Origin: a virus
DNA length: 64,000 nucleotides
Reading direction: 5' to 3' (one strand)
Virus record (IMG/VR): IMGVR_UViG_3300031576_000019
Coordinates: 1-64,000 of that record
Of the stretch, positions 26,669-37,158 are shown in pieces. Each line of letters starts with the position of its first letter. Within the stretch, counting starts at the first letter, position 1. The notes under the pieces were generated by a model. It worked only from the letters and a program-made list of their open reading frames with translations. It was not told the DNA's origin and ran no database searches. Position numbers and translations under genes: made by a program.

Positions 26669-29600
26669 GATTGGCAGGCCAGAGCAAGTTGGGTTTTTAT
26701 CCAACCCCGAGTGCTACTCTAAAACTTATCCCTTCTTGGCTCTCTATTGTTCAGGAAGGAACTCGTCGTTACCTGGACCCATGTTGTGGAACGGGCGAGG
26801 CATTAGCCACCATAGAAAGGATGCGCGGTCCCGCAGAAACGTATGGAATAGAACTGTCGGACGTTCGTGAACTAGAAGCAAAAACCCGTCTCACGACTAC
26901 GATTTGTTGCGGTTACGAGTATTCCCAAATTACCGACGACACTTTTTCATTGGTACTTTTGAATCCGCCGTATGATGGCGAGGGAGACACAGGTGGTGGG
27001 GCAAGGATGGAAGAGACCTTCCTGCTCAACACCACCTCCCGCATCACACCAAGGGGTATTCTCCTTTATCTCATTCCCCACATCCGCTTGCACAATGAGA
27101 AGATTGCCCGCCACCTGGCTGGCTGGTATTCTGACCTGCGCTGTTTCAAATTTGCCAAAGAAGATTACGAGGTCTTTGACCAAATCATCTTGTTTGGCGT
27201 GCGGCGGGCCGAATATAAGGCCCCAACCGCCGAGGCCCAAAACGAAATCCTCAATATCTGGTCGGTTGGGAATCTGGTAGACCGCTACGATGAAGTAGTT
27301 GGCGAGAAGGGGAAGGCTCACCGTGTAGCTGTTCCAGCACCCATGCCCTTCTTTGTTGCTGGGCAGGGTGAGTATGCCGTCCCTGATGCGCCTCTGCGCG
27401 GGCGGCATGGGGCTCCCTTCAAATTCCAATACCTAATTGTGTCTGACGAGGACAAGATTCGTGAGTCCGAGCGGGCCGCAGGCCGACTCATCCGGGGCAA
27501 CGCTTGGCGTGACCTCACTCCGCGTCTTGAGCCACTGGTAATTGAACCAGCCATGGAGCCCAAGAAGGGCCATATCGCTATGCAGGTCAGTGGTGGTCTG
27601 CTTGGCACCAATCTCCTCAACGACCAGGGGCGCGTCATTCTCCTGAAAGGTTCGGTTATCAAGCGGTCCGTCACGAAGAAGGTAGTACAACCTGTAGACG
27701 AGGAGGGCGCGGAACCCCAGCCAGAGGAAGATGACGACAAAGAACATATGAATAAGGTAGAGATGGAGGAGCGTTTCTACACCAGTATGGCCGTGCTGTC
27801 GGAGGCCGGTGAACTCACCATTACCGAGGATGTATCGGAGGTCAAGGAACTGTTGGTCAAGCATGTGGCTCAACTGGCCGATGTGGTTCAGGCCCGAAAC
27901 CAGCCGCGCTACAGCATGAATCCTAAACCATGGGAGTGGGCTATCTTTGACAACCTCTCGCGTAGCCGACAACTACCGGGCCGAAACGAAACGGGCTTGA
28001 CCGACTTTCAGAAGCACTTGACCGTTGCAATGGGACGTTTGTGTCTGGCTGATGGGGCCGGGTTTATCAATGCGGAAATGGGAAGCGGCAAAACCACCAT
28101 TGGTATCTCTATTGCTGAATATCTCAGTGCGGCCAAGACACGCAAGAATAAAGCGCCTGTTTATCCGGTCCTGGTCGTCGGACCTGGCATTGTTACTGGT
28201 AAAGAGAACTGGCCAAAGGAAATTCCCGAGGTCATCCCTGGCGCGAAAGCCCGAGTGATTGAAGTGGGAGCGAAAGCCGCTCCCAGGCCGATGAAGATTG
28301 GACAGTATCTTTTCTCCATCTTGGGATTACATCTCAATAAGTCCGACTTTGAAGGGAAGAATGCCTACGGATGCCTTAACTTGCTCAAAAGGATAACCTC
28401 CGAGCAGAAATTGCGCGTGCCCAAGGCTATTGCTAAAGCGGTAGAGTTTTCACTGCACGAGGCCGAGAAGCGCAAGCCTATTCGCCGACGCGGAGCTACT
28501 CATCCCAATCTGCTTGATGGTCGCATAGGTGGTTTCCTGTGGCTAGGACTGGATATGCCGCGCGACCCCGCTACTGAGGATGACCGCCGCTACTCGGTCG
28601 CCCAATTTCTGGACGAGTACGCCAGTGGCGTAATGCCTCTCAAGTCCTTCGCTATTTTGTCGCACGAGACGGCCAAGCTGGGCCCAGGACGGGTGCCAGC
28701 CATCGTTGAGCGGAGCATCCTGAGTAGTAGTGACTCTATTGTGGTCTGCGCCTGTCCCATTTGTGGCACTCCGCTTCAAGATGTAGACCCTAAGACAGAG
28801 GAGAAGTTTTATATCACGCCCTCCAACTTGGAGGAGTGGATTGGCGCTAAACGCCGGTTCTGCGTGGCGCCCATGCGTTCTCATAATGACAAGGCCCATC
28901 GGGCTGAGATCGGCAAGCGGATTTGGGACCCGGATAAGGGCAAGCATGTCGTGATGGTAAACGACGAACACGACCAGCCCCATGTGTGCGGGAGTCCCCT
29001 GTTTTCGTACACCTATTACCGCCGAGAAGCGGCCGCCAGTTACATTGCCAAGAAAGCCAAGAAGAAGTTTGGCCTGATGCTAATGGACGAAATCCACAAG
29101 GCGAAGGCCAAGGGCACAGGCGTCGGGCAAACACTGACTCTGCTCAGCAACGCCATTCCCTATACCGTTGGTCTGACTGGAACTCTCTTTGGCGGATACA
29201 GCACATCCATCTTCTGGCTTCTCTATCGGCTAGCCCCGGAAGTGCGCCAAGAGTTTGGCTTCAACGACGAGCAACGGTGGGTGGAACGTTACGGGCTTAT
29301 CAAAAAGGTTTTCTATAGGGACAAGGAACTTGAGGAAGATGGTTCCTTTACCGGCAAGAAACACTTTGAAACCGTGACCGAACGGCCCGGCATCTCGCCC
29401 GCCATTGTTGGAACAGGATTGAAGTTCTGCTCCTTTAGCAGTCTCACTGACATTGGCTTGCCATTGCCTAAGTATTCGGAGGAGATTGCCCGCATTGCTC
29501 CCTCGGACGATATGAAGAAACAGTATCTTGAGGCCGACAAGGGTGTTTATGATTGGGCTATCAGCCGAATGCACGAACCGGGCGGCAAAGGTGCAATTGG

Positions 29601-30531
29601 CGTCTGGTTGACCTCGGCCCTCAATCGGCCCAGTTCAATGTGGCGCTATGAGAAGGTAACCTTCAAGGCTCGCATCAGTGGCCGCGGCAAGTGGGCCATC
29701 CGGGCCGAAGAAGACGTGGCCGAGTTTGAGTCTGTGGTTCCTCCGGGTGGGATCGTGGTGGTGGACGGGAAAGAGATTTACAGGCCCGATTTATCAGTCC
29801 TGCTCCCCAAAGAAGATTGGCTGGCCACAACCGCTCGTAACGAGATGGTCCAGGGCCGCAAGACGCTGGTGTATGTGCGTCAGACTGGCACCCGCGACAT
29901 TCAGCCCCGACTTCAGGCGGTACTAGAAGCGCGCGGTTTGCGGGTAGGAATTCTGCGCCCATCCCTGGCCCCAGTCAAGCGTGCGACTTGGATTAAGCAG
30001 AACGCTCCCAAATTCGACGTTCTGCTGACCAATGCGCGCCTGGTGGAGGTCGGCCTGAACCTGACAATGTTCGCCACCGCAATCTTCTATGAACTGGAAT
30101 GGTCGCTCTACACGCTCTGGCAGGCCATGCGTCGTCTGTATCGACCTGGCGCCCCTCTCCCGGTCAAGCTGTACTTCCCGGTCTACACTGGCACGATGGA
30201 GGAGAAGGTCATTGACCTGATGGGGGCCAAGATGATGGCCGCTCAGGCCTTCTATGGCGATGAGGTGGGTGGTGCATTAGTGGAAGACGGTGACACCGGT
30301 GACTTACTGGAAGATTTGGTCCGTTCAGCCATGGGCGATCTAAAAATTGGACGGGCCGAGGGTCTTTTCTCGCTGGGTAATGACCTGCTGGTAACCGAAA
30401 GTCCGATGGGTAGTCCAACCGCCGTCAGCCCACGGATGAAGACTATGAGCGAGATGTTGGCTCTGGTCCAAACTAGCGTCAGTCACAGGAAGAAGGTTGT
30501 CGTCCCCGACACCCAATTCTCGATGTTCTAA
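26665..30531 (+). CDS. N6-adenine methyltransferase fused to SNF2-type helicase
   Basis: GFYPTP, LDPCCGTG, LNPPY; AEMGSGKT, MDEIH, GLTGT, GLNL, QAMRRLYRPG. Confidence 0.85.
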   Translation: MRLAGQSKLGFYPTPSATLKLIPSWLSIVQEGTRRYLDPCCGTGEALATIERMRGPAETYGIELSDVRELEAKTRLTTTICCGYEYSQITDDTFSLVLLNPPYDGEGDTGGGARMEETFLLNTTSRITPRGILLYLIPHIRLHNEKIARHLAGWYSDLRCFKFAKEDYEVFDQIILFGVRRAEYKAPTAEAQNEILNIWSVGNLVDRYDEVVGEKGKAHRVAVPAPMPFFVAGQGEYAVPDAPLRGRHGAPFKFQYLIVSDEDKIRESERAAGRLIRGNAWRDLTPRLEPLVIEPAMEPKKGHIAMQVSGGLLGTNLLNDQGRVILLKGSVIKRSVTKKVVQPVDEEGAEPQPEEDDDKEHMNKVEMEERFYTSMAVLSEAGELTITEDVSEVKELLVKHVAQLADVVQARNQPRYSMNPKPWEWAIFDNLSRSRQLPGRNETGLTDFQKHLTVAMGRLCLADGAGFINAEMGSGKTTIGISIAEYLSAAKTRKNKAPVYPVLVVGPGIVTGKENWPKEIPEVIPGAKARVIEVGAKAAPRPMKIGQYLFSILGLHLNKSDFEGKNAYGCLNLLKRITSEQKLRVPKAIAKAVEFSLHEAEKRKPIRRRGATHPNLLDGRIGGFLWLGLDMPRDPATEDDRRYSVAQFLDEYASGVMPLKSFAILSHETAKLGPGRVPAIVERSILSSSDSIVVCACPICGTPLQDVDPKTEEKFYITPSNLEEWIGAKRRFCVAPMRSHNDKAHRAEIGKRIWDPDKGKHVVMVNDEHDQPHVCGSPLFSYTYYRREAAASYIAKKAKKKFGLMLMDEIHKAKAKGTGVGQTLTLLSNAIPYTVGLTGTLFGGYSTSIFWLLYRLAPEVRQEFGFNDEQRWVERYGLIKKVFYRDKELEEDGSFTGKKHFETVTERPGISPAIVGTGLKFCSFSSLTDIGLPLPKYSEEIARIAPSDDMKKQYLEADKGVYDWAISRMHEPGGKGAIGVWLTSALNRPSSMWRYEKVTFKARISGRGKWAIRAEEDVAEFESVVPPGGIVVVDGKEIYRPDLSVLLPKEDWLATTARNEMVQGRKTLVYVRQTGTRDIQPRLQAVLEARGLRVGILRPSLAPVKRATWIKQNAPKFDVLLTNARLVEVGLNLTMFATAIFYELEWSLYTLWQAMRRLYRPGAPLPVKLYFPVYTGTMEEKVIDLMGAKMMAAQAFYGDEVGGALVEDGDTGDLLEDLVRSAMGDLKIGRAEGLFSLGNDLLVTESPMGSPTAVSPRMKTMSEMLALVQTSVSHRKKVVVPDTQFSMF

Positions 30532-30542
30532 AGGTGATATAA

Positions 30543-30746
30543 ATGGCAAGCAAGTTTGTTCGCACTGAACGCCGGGATGTCCAAGTCTTAACACTCATGT
30601 CCTACCATGTCCGACCTGGAGAGAATCAGTTCTTCTGTAAAACGCAACGGGCTTGAGAGTTGTGGGGGCCGATGCCAGAAAGCGAAAACGTTTGTCGTCT
30701 TAGGCGTTGGCCTATTGACCGGATAATCTTTGTCGGCACAAAATAA
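30543..30746 (+). pseudogene. Small gene with in-frame TGA
   Basis: AAGGTGA RBS; TGA at 30654-30656 (RA*ELW); frame continues to TAA just before the next RBS. Confidence 0.45.
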
Positions 30747-30755
30747 GGAGCCATC

Positions 30756-31100
30756 ATGCGTTTGTACATTGCAACTCGAACAGAAGAAGACGGACCACAA
30801 GTATCCGTTCAGGATGTCGAGAAAGCCACATCCTACCCACTCAAACATATACTCCGTCACTCGCCCAATGGCTTTGAGTGGCATTATGGCGGGAGCGGAC
30901 CGGCGGACCTCGCGCTTAGTATCTTGGCCGATTACTTTGGTGAACAGGATATCGACCCCGCCAGTTTTCTCTATAAGACTCGTTCCGAGCGTCTCTACCA
31001 AGCCTTCAAGTGGCGTTTCATTGCGCCTGCACCAAGAGGAGACTGGATTCTCGCGGAAGGAGATATTACCGCCTGGCTCAAACACGAGGGTGAAATCTAG
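30756..31100 (+). CDS. DUF6166-like protein
   Basis: RHSPNGFEWHYGGSGPADLALSILAD...YQAFKWRFIA. Confidence 0.7.
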   Translation: MRLYIATRTEEDGPQVSVQDVEKATSYPLKHILRHSPNGFEWHYGGSGPADLALSILADYFGEQDIDPASFLYKTRSERLYQAFKWRFIAPAPRGDWILAEGDITAWLKHEGEI

Positions 31101-31181
31101 TTTCCCTCCAAGTTGGAGGGATTAGTTGCTTCGCAGAGTAGCCTCATAGAAATATGAGGCTCTTTTTAGTTGGAGGTCTGT

Positions 31182-31832
31182 ATGCAAGAAGAAACAATCT
31201 ACCCAACTGGGGACAAGCCCTATGAACGAGTCCTTCGCAATCCGCGAGGCTGTTCCCAACTCGAATTGTTGGTCACCATTGTAGGGGAAAGACCGGCCCG
31301 CAATCTACTCCAAGCAGCTGGCGATCTGTCTGGTATCTATCGCATGGGGGTACACGACCTGCTAGGCATAGATGGCCTGGGAGAACGGCGGACCGCGATG
31401 ATTATGGCCATACGTGAGGTAGCGAACCTTTCCATGGTTCCACTGGCCCGCTCGGTCACCGATTCAGCTGGTGCTGCCTATGCTCTGTTTCGCCCAAATT
31501 TCGTGGGCCGCGAACAGGAATATCTGTATGTTCTTTTGCTCGACACTCGCAATCGCGCTATTGGCCAGCCCATTGAAATCTATCACGGGTCACTCAACAC
31601 CTCGCTGATTCGGGTCAGCGAAGTTTTCTGCGTCGCGATCAAAGCCAATGCGGCCTCCATTGTGATAGCCCACAACCATCCCAGCGGCGACCCCTCGCCC
31701 AGCCCCGAAGATGTGGCCGTGACCCGCGCCCTCATCGAAGCCGGGAAACTGTTGGATGTGGAGGTGCTGGATCATCTGGTCGTTGGCGACAATCGCTTTG
31801 TATCAATGCAAGAACGCGGCCTGGCCTTCTAA
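31182..31832 (+). CDS. radC: RadC family JAB-domain protein
   Basis: QEYLYVLLLDTRN, AHNHPSGDPSPSPED, VLDHLVVG. Confidence 0.95.
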   Translation: MQEETIYPTGDKPYERVLRNPRGCSQLELLVTIVGERPARNLLQAAGDLSGIYRMGVHDLLGIDGLGERRTAMIMAIREVANLSMVPLARSVTDSAGAAYALFRPNFVGREQEYLYVLLLDTRNRAIGQPIEIYHGSLNTSLIRVSEVFCVAIKANAASIVIAHNHPSGDPSPSPEDVAVTRALIEAGKLLDVEVLDHLVVGDNRFVSMQERGLAF

Positions 31833-32914
31833 TTAGGAGGAATAGTATGGATCCCATCACCGAAATCCAAACCGTCTTATGTGCAGCTGGCCAGGGGGAA
31901 GAACAGGCTATGGCGCTTGTTCACAAAATGTGCATAATTATTCACATGATTGACGACTCCCCTACTCTGCTTAAACGCGCCGAGACACTTCATGTTCGTT
32001 GGACCCTGCACGCCGCCCAGCTCCGCGTTCTTAGTACGTTCAAGTTTCTGCCAGATGAAAATCTCCACAACACCGCCAAGGCTGAAGCCTATGAAGCCTG
32101 CGCGTGGCAGATGGGTGAGTTGATTTCTCTTATCAAAGGACTCAACTCATGTTCACCCCTAGCACTCTCCTCGAACGAACCATCGGAACAAACCAACTGG
32201 CTGCAGAAATCCTCATTGGCCTTGCCTACCACATCCCGATTGACCGCGCCAAGCGGTGGGTAGAGCCTAGTCCGTTCACCATTTTTGCACTCAATTTAGA
32301 AGGGATAACCGACGCCGCCATTGCGCGGGAATTTGGCGTTTCGCCGGTTGTCGTGTTTCACCGCAAGGCGGTTATTCGCCAAGTGACTGCCGACATCTTG
32401 GCGCTGGAGGAATAGATGTTAGATCAGATACAGAGAATGGTCGGAGGAGCTCGCAGACAACTTTTCCCCACTCCCACCGAGACGCTCATCATGGACCTCG
32501 AGCGGTTTATTGAGCACATCGAGTCTACTCCCGGTCTAAAGCGGTGGGAAATTCGATTTCCCCGCAAAGCCGTTCGGCAGGCCAAGGCGGGTGAGATGGT
32601 TATATTGAAGCAATTTAACGCGCGCTTGGAACTCCGGGCGCGGAAGTGTAGTCTAGCGGTTTTTTACGATCTCGCTCACGATCCGCGCGGCGAGGATGGC
32701 ATCATTGTTGAAAGGAAACGCAGCAGATGAAGATTATCAAACTGACACTTGTAGTGTCAGAGGAGATCGTCGATGATCTCTTGAACAATGTTATTCCGGG
32801 GGAGGTGGTTTATTACAGCACTCAGCCCGGTATTCTCACCACCGAGCTCCGCCACCGGATTGCCACTTGGGAGAATCTCGCGCGCCAAATTCAGACCCAG
32901 AAGGACAGCCAAGC

Positions 32915-33310
32915 ATGAAAAACCTCGTCATTAGCAAGAGTTTTTCACATCTCTGGCCCGCGCCAGAGATTTTCGTTATCCCACTCACGGCCGAAAATGT
33001 GAGTTTCCTTAACCATCTATGTGTGAATGTGAGGCTAGATCTGACTGTGCTACTAACGATCTATCCCAGAAGCGAGTTTGTTGTTGAGGCGCGGGCCCTG
33101 TTTGCCATCCACGAAGATCGCCCAGAATCGCTGGACGAAACGTGGATGATTGTTGACCAACACGCGGAATTTCCCTCTAAGTTAGAGGGCGGCAACCAAT
33201 ATCTTGTGTGTGACCAAGAGGGCTTCACCCTCCGAGTCTATGCCGACGAGGGCGGTGACTATGCCGACTCCGAAGATATTGAGTGGAAAGTTCTGGAGCA
33301 AATCGAATGA
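32915..33310 (+). CDS. Hypothetical protein
   Basis: One of a run of ATGA-coupled small ORFs at 31847-35092. Confidence 0.55.
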   Translation: MKNLVISKSFSHLWPAPEIFVIPLTAENVSFLNHLCVNVRLDLTVLLTIYPRSEFVVEARALFAIHEDRPESLDETWMIVDQHAEFPSKLEGGNQYLVCDQEGFTLRVYADEGGDYADSEDIEWKVLEQIE

Positions 33311-33518
33311 AAACCGTCATTCTTATAAGGCAAACATCCGAGCCGTTTACAGATAACGAACGACAAGAGACAGCAAGAATTCTGCGAGCGTTGGCTGAAC
33401 GTGTTGAACGGTTGCCATACTTCTCGCCAGGGGCCGATATGCCTCTTTTTGATAAGAATGGTGATGAGACAGGCTTCTGTACCGTTCTCACTGATACCGC
33501 CGTGTGGAGAATTGCAGA

Positions 33519-34067
33519 ATGACCCCCATGCAGAAGATCATCGAAACCATACTGGCTAATCACAACCTGCTTGGGGCCTTCAACGATCCCGAATGTCATG
33601 AGTTACACCTGAAACTGGAAAACAAGCCCTACATGCCACTCGTGATTGAGAAGGTCGGGGCTGACACCATATCTGTTTGTCACTTCTTTATACAAGAAGG
33701 CGATGTGATGTATGACCCAGAACTGACCTTCGGCTGGCTGGATTGGGTACCAACCTCAATTACCCAACATCCGCTGGGTCGGTACGCCGAGGTTTTCCGA
33801 GCTGTAGGTGACAACCCGCGAGCACTATGCGACTCCCAACTACTCAGAGAGTTGAAATCATTTGCAACGATGTGGGCTACAAACATCAAAGACCAAGGTT
33901 TTACCGGTGACAATGTGAAAGCCAAGAGTCTAAGCCACTCGCAGGTGACTGGAAAGCCGAATGTAGAAGACGACTATGTTGAGCCAGCCATTCCGTTCAG
34001 TTTGCCTGACGATGCCGATATTCAGCCAGTCTATGACCAAGTAGATACAGGCTGGGGAATAGATTGA
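33519..34067 (+). CDS. DUF6908-like protein
   Basis: LENKPYMPLVIE..ISVCHFFIQEGDVMYDPE..WATNIKDQGF. Confidence 0.65.
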   Translation: MTPMQKIIETILANHNLLGAFNDPECHELHLKLENKPYMPLVIEKVGADTISVCHFFIQEGDVMYDPELTFGWLDWVPTSITQHPLGRYAEVFRAVGDNPRALCDSQLLRELKSFATMWATNIKDQGFTGDNVKAKSLSHSQVTGKPNVEDDYVEPAIPFSLPDDADIQPVYDQVDTGWGID

Positions 34068-34080
34068 CAGGTGAAGGATT

Positions 34081-34410
34081 ATGCCAGATTACAGATTGAC
34101 CTATGCTCGCATAGTTATTATGGAGACTTACATCATCGGGGCCAAAGACCAGGAGGATGCTACGGAAATAGCCTTCAAGTTAGAGACAGAGGGAAAACTT
34201 GGCCTACAAAAGTGTCAAACGCGCCGCGCGCTGGATGGTTGGGAGCCCAAACAAGCCAGTTTAATCCGCGAGATTGTGGACGATGACACGATCTGGGAGA
34301 TTGAGAAATTGTCCGGCCTTGACTTTGATGCAGAAGACGAGAGTGTATTTCGAGCCGAAGCTGTTCACCTTGAGGCCGCTTACGAAGACCGGATAGGAGA
34401 ACTAGAATGA
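34081..34410 (+). CDS. Hypothetical protein
   Basis: 109 aa, RBS present. Confidence 0.55.
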   Translation: MPDYRLTYARIVIMETYIIGAKDQEDATEIAFKLETEGKLGLQKCQTRRALDGWEPKQASLIREIVDDDTIWEIEKLSGLDFDAEDESVFRAEAVHLEAAYEDRIGELE

Positions 34411-34829
34411 GACTGCAACCTAGTGGTGCCTATTGCACTGGCGACCTCATTTGTGCCTATCGGTTAGAAGATAAGACGCGCAAGAACCAGTTTAGGAAAG
34501 ATACGGTAGCCCTATTACGCGCAGTGGGCAAACTCATGTTGGAGCAAGGCTATGTTAAACAATCTGTCGCCTTCAATATGGGTGGCATAGCGGTTTCGGG
34601 GGATGCCCATGCCGAGTATCTCAACTTAAGCAATCTACAGGCCGTCTATTGCACCATCAATCAAACCTTTGTCGTTGGCCCGCGCGAAGACGGTATCTGC
34701 ATTCGGGCCGTTATCCGTCAGTACAGTGATGCCCGCCCTAGATATGATGGCCCCAATCACTGGTTCTCCGGCGATCTGGATGACGAGCAATTAGCGCGCG
34801 TTTTGATAAAGATAATGGAGACTCCATGA
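34407..34829 (+). CDS. Hypothetical protein
   Basis: 140 aa with FNMGGIAVSGD motif; coupled ORF. Confidence 0.6.
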   Translation: MRLQPSGAYCTGDLICAYRLEDKTRKNQFRKDTVALLRAVGKLMLEQGYVKQSVAFNMGGIAVSGDAHAEYLNLSNLQAVYCTINQTFVVGPREDGICIRAVIRQYSDARPRYDGPNHWFSGDLDDEQLARVLIKIMETP

Positions 34830-35092
34830 TAAAACAACAAATTCGATTTAACGTTAGCGACAAAGATAGCTCTTCTCCCGCCCTCTGCCCTTGTCGTGTG
34901 ACGGTTGACCAATACGGGAATATGGAGTTGTTCGTTGAGGGCTATGGCACCGCCGACTCAGAGGTGAGCAAAGGTCCCATTGCCCACCTAGAACTATGGC
35001 AGGGCCAACTGCGCTTATTGGTCTGGCCAGACATCAAAAACGAGGAACCCCTGATTATTGATCTGGGGCAGGCGCGGGAGTCGCTTCGATAA
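34826..35092 (+). CDS. Hypothetical protein
   Basis: 88 aa; PIAHLELWQGQLRLLVWPDIKNEEP. Confidence 0.6.
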   Translation: MIKQQIRFNVSDKDSSSPALCPCRVTVDQYGNMELFVEGYGTADSEVSKGPIAHLELWQGQLRLLVWPDIKNEEPLIIDLGQARESLR

Positions 35093-35585
35093 CCGTAACC
35101 GGTTCTTCCTCCAAGTTGGAGGGATGATTAACCTGCTGACCGATGAAGGTGGGGTTGAACATGGCAATCTGCGGCTTGGCTTCTCCGCCCTCCGACTCAT
35201 TATTACCGATGGCCTGGTCCAGAGTGTCCTTCAAGACGGCCCAAATGAACTTAGCGGCCGCCGTAGAATTCTCGATTGGTAGTCCTTCCCCTTGGGCAAT
35301 CTTGCGTTGGTGCCGCACGATTTCGGGGAAGCCCATCACCGCCTCCAATTGAGCCGCCAAGATAATCCCCTTCTTCAACCGCCCCACCATATCCTGAACA
35401 TCTGGCTTCGCCATCCAGCGATAGTAGGTGGCGCTATCCAGCCCATGCGCTTCAAGCGCCCGTGTAAGAGTAAAGCCGGGGCGCATCGCTAATGCGACCA
35501 CCTGTAGCACCTCCTTGATACGTTTCAGGCGCGGCACATTTTCTAAATCAGCATTTTCAATCATTAGAGCGGGAGTGTTAGACAT
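35055..35585 (-). CDS. HTH protein, possible terminase small subunit
   Basis: LTRALEAHGLDSATYYRW HTH followed by helical region and acidic tail; own promoter TTCACA-17-TATACT. Confidence 0.5.
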   Translation of the reverse strand: MSNTPALMIENADLENVPRLKRIKEVLQVVALAMRPGFTLTRALEAHGLDSATYYRWMAKPDVQDMVGRLKKGIILAAQLEAVMGFPEIVRHQRKIAQGEGLPIENSTAAAKFIWAVLKDTLDQAIGNNESEGGEAKPQIAMFNPTFIGQQVNHPSNLEEEPVTVIEATPAPAPDQ

Positions 35586-35616
35586 AAGGGGAAGTATAAA
35601 GCAATTTGGTCAATCT

Positions 35617-35646
35617 GTGAATAAAGGTTCACGTTTCTGGTATGAT
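35617..35646 (+). promoter_or_regulatory. Operator shared by divergent promoters
   Basis: GTGAATAAAGGTTCAC-gtttcTGG-TATGAT; minus strand TTCACA-17nt-TATACT. Confidence 0.65.
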
Positions 35647-35801
35647 GCTTTCAGAGGCAAATATGCAACCCCAAGAGTTCTTCACCATGCTCTCAATAAT
35701 GCCTAATGACGAGGCCACTGTTGAGGAATGGCAGAGAGTTATTCGCTCTGCCAGTTGGTGGCTAACTTTCTTCAATGCACTTGACGACCAGGAAGACATC
35801 A

Positions 35802-36620
35802 ATGGCCAAAAATAGCAAGATTTCATGGTGCGATAACACCTTTAACGGCTGGATTGGTTGCACTGAGGTTGCGGAAGGTTGCGAGCATTGCTACGCGAAG
35901 TATCTCTCGGCCCGAATGAACTGGGCTGAGTGGGGCGATGACAAGCCGCGCTATCGCACCTCGGCTGCCAACTGGAAGAAGCCCTTGACTTGGGATAGAG
36001 CCGCCAAAAAGGAAGGCAAGCGCATCCGCAACTTCGCCTTCTCTCTGTCGGACGTGTTTGACGTGAGGGTGCCATTTCAATGGCTTGTGGATTTTGGTCA
36101 ACTGGTCAATGGAACAACCCACACTGACTGGTTGATTCTCACCAAGCGGTTCACTATCCCCAAGAAACATCCTAACGTATTTGACTGGTCAAAAGTCTGG
36201 CTGGGTTATTCAGTCGCCGGTCAGGAAGACCTGCACGGCTTTGACCACATCGCCGATATTCCATCCAAATACCGCTGGATTTCCTACGAGCCCGCCATTG
36301 GCCCGGTAGATTTTGAACCAGTTCTCAAAACGGGCCAACTCAACTGGATTGTAGTGGGTGGTGAAAGTAACCAATACGACTCAGGGAAGCTTGTCCCAGC
36401 CAGGGCCTTTGATGTGAGCTGGGCCTACAGCGTTATTGCCCAGTGCCGAAAATATAAAGTCCCGGTTTTCGTCAAACAATTGGGGAGCAGGCCCTATCGC
36501 TCACCCCAACACAAAAAAGCCACCGGCTACAACATCTCGCTCAAGGATGGTCATGGGGCCGACCCATGGGAATGGCCCGAAGATTTGTGGGTACAAGAGT
36601 TTCCTGACGAGGAATTTTAG
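35802..36620 (+). CDS. DUF5131 (phage Gp37/Gp68) family protein
   Basis: SKISWCDNTFNGWIGCTEVAEGCEHCYA, LSDVFD, LTKR, WISYEP, WIVVGGES, FVKQLG. Confidence 0.9.
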   Translation: MAKNSKISWCDNTFNGWIGCTEVAEGCEHCYAKYLSARMNWAEWGDDKPRYRTSAANWKKPLTWDRAAKKEGKRIRNFAFSLSDVFDVRVPFQWLVDFGQLVNGTTHTDWLILTKRFTIPKKHPNVFDWSKVWLGYSVAGQEDLHGFDHIADIPSKYRWISYEPAIGPVDFEPVLKTGQLNWIVVGGESNQYDSGKLVPARAFDVSWAYSVIAQCRKYKVPVFVKQLGSRPYRSPQHKKATGYNISLKDGHGADPWEWPEDLWVQEFPDEEF

Positions 36621-37158
36621 TTGCTTCGCAGAATCTTTTTAGAAAGGAACTTTGGTATGGGCATGCACTTCACCACCATCACCGGCGTAACCGTCAACGA
36701 ATTTTATGCAAATCAGCGAGCCGAGCTTGCGCGAGTATCTTGCCTCGCTATTCGCCGTCTCACCGGCAAGAATCCCGCTCTGCTGGTGCGCATCACCAAT
36801 TTCCGGGATTATTCGGCTTGGCTTCCTCTTCCCGTTGAGCCGCGCTCCACACTCGACTTCCGAGTGGTCAGCAAATTGGCCGAACTTCGTGATTGCCAGA
36901 GCCTGGATGAAGACCCAGACTTCAATCGCACCGAGGGTTGGTATAGCGAACTGACCACCGAGGACTAATGCCCCCTCACAAGACACCTCAGACGGATATT
37001 CGGAAACAGAAGGGGCAGGCTACCTATACCGAACGTCTTGACAATGTTGGCTTGACCATTTGCCCTGTCTGTGAGGGTGATTCTTTTGAGTTTGTCAACA
37101 ATGGGGCCAAGTGCCTGACCTGCGGCGTCGTTTTTAGTGAGGACAGAGAGCAATTCCT

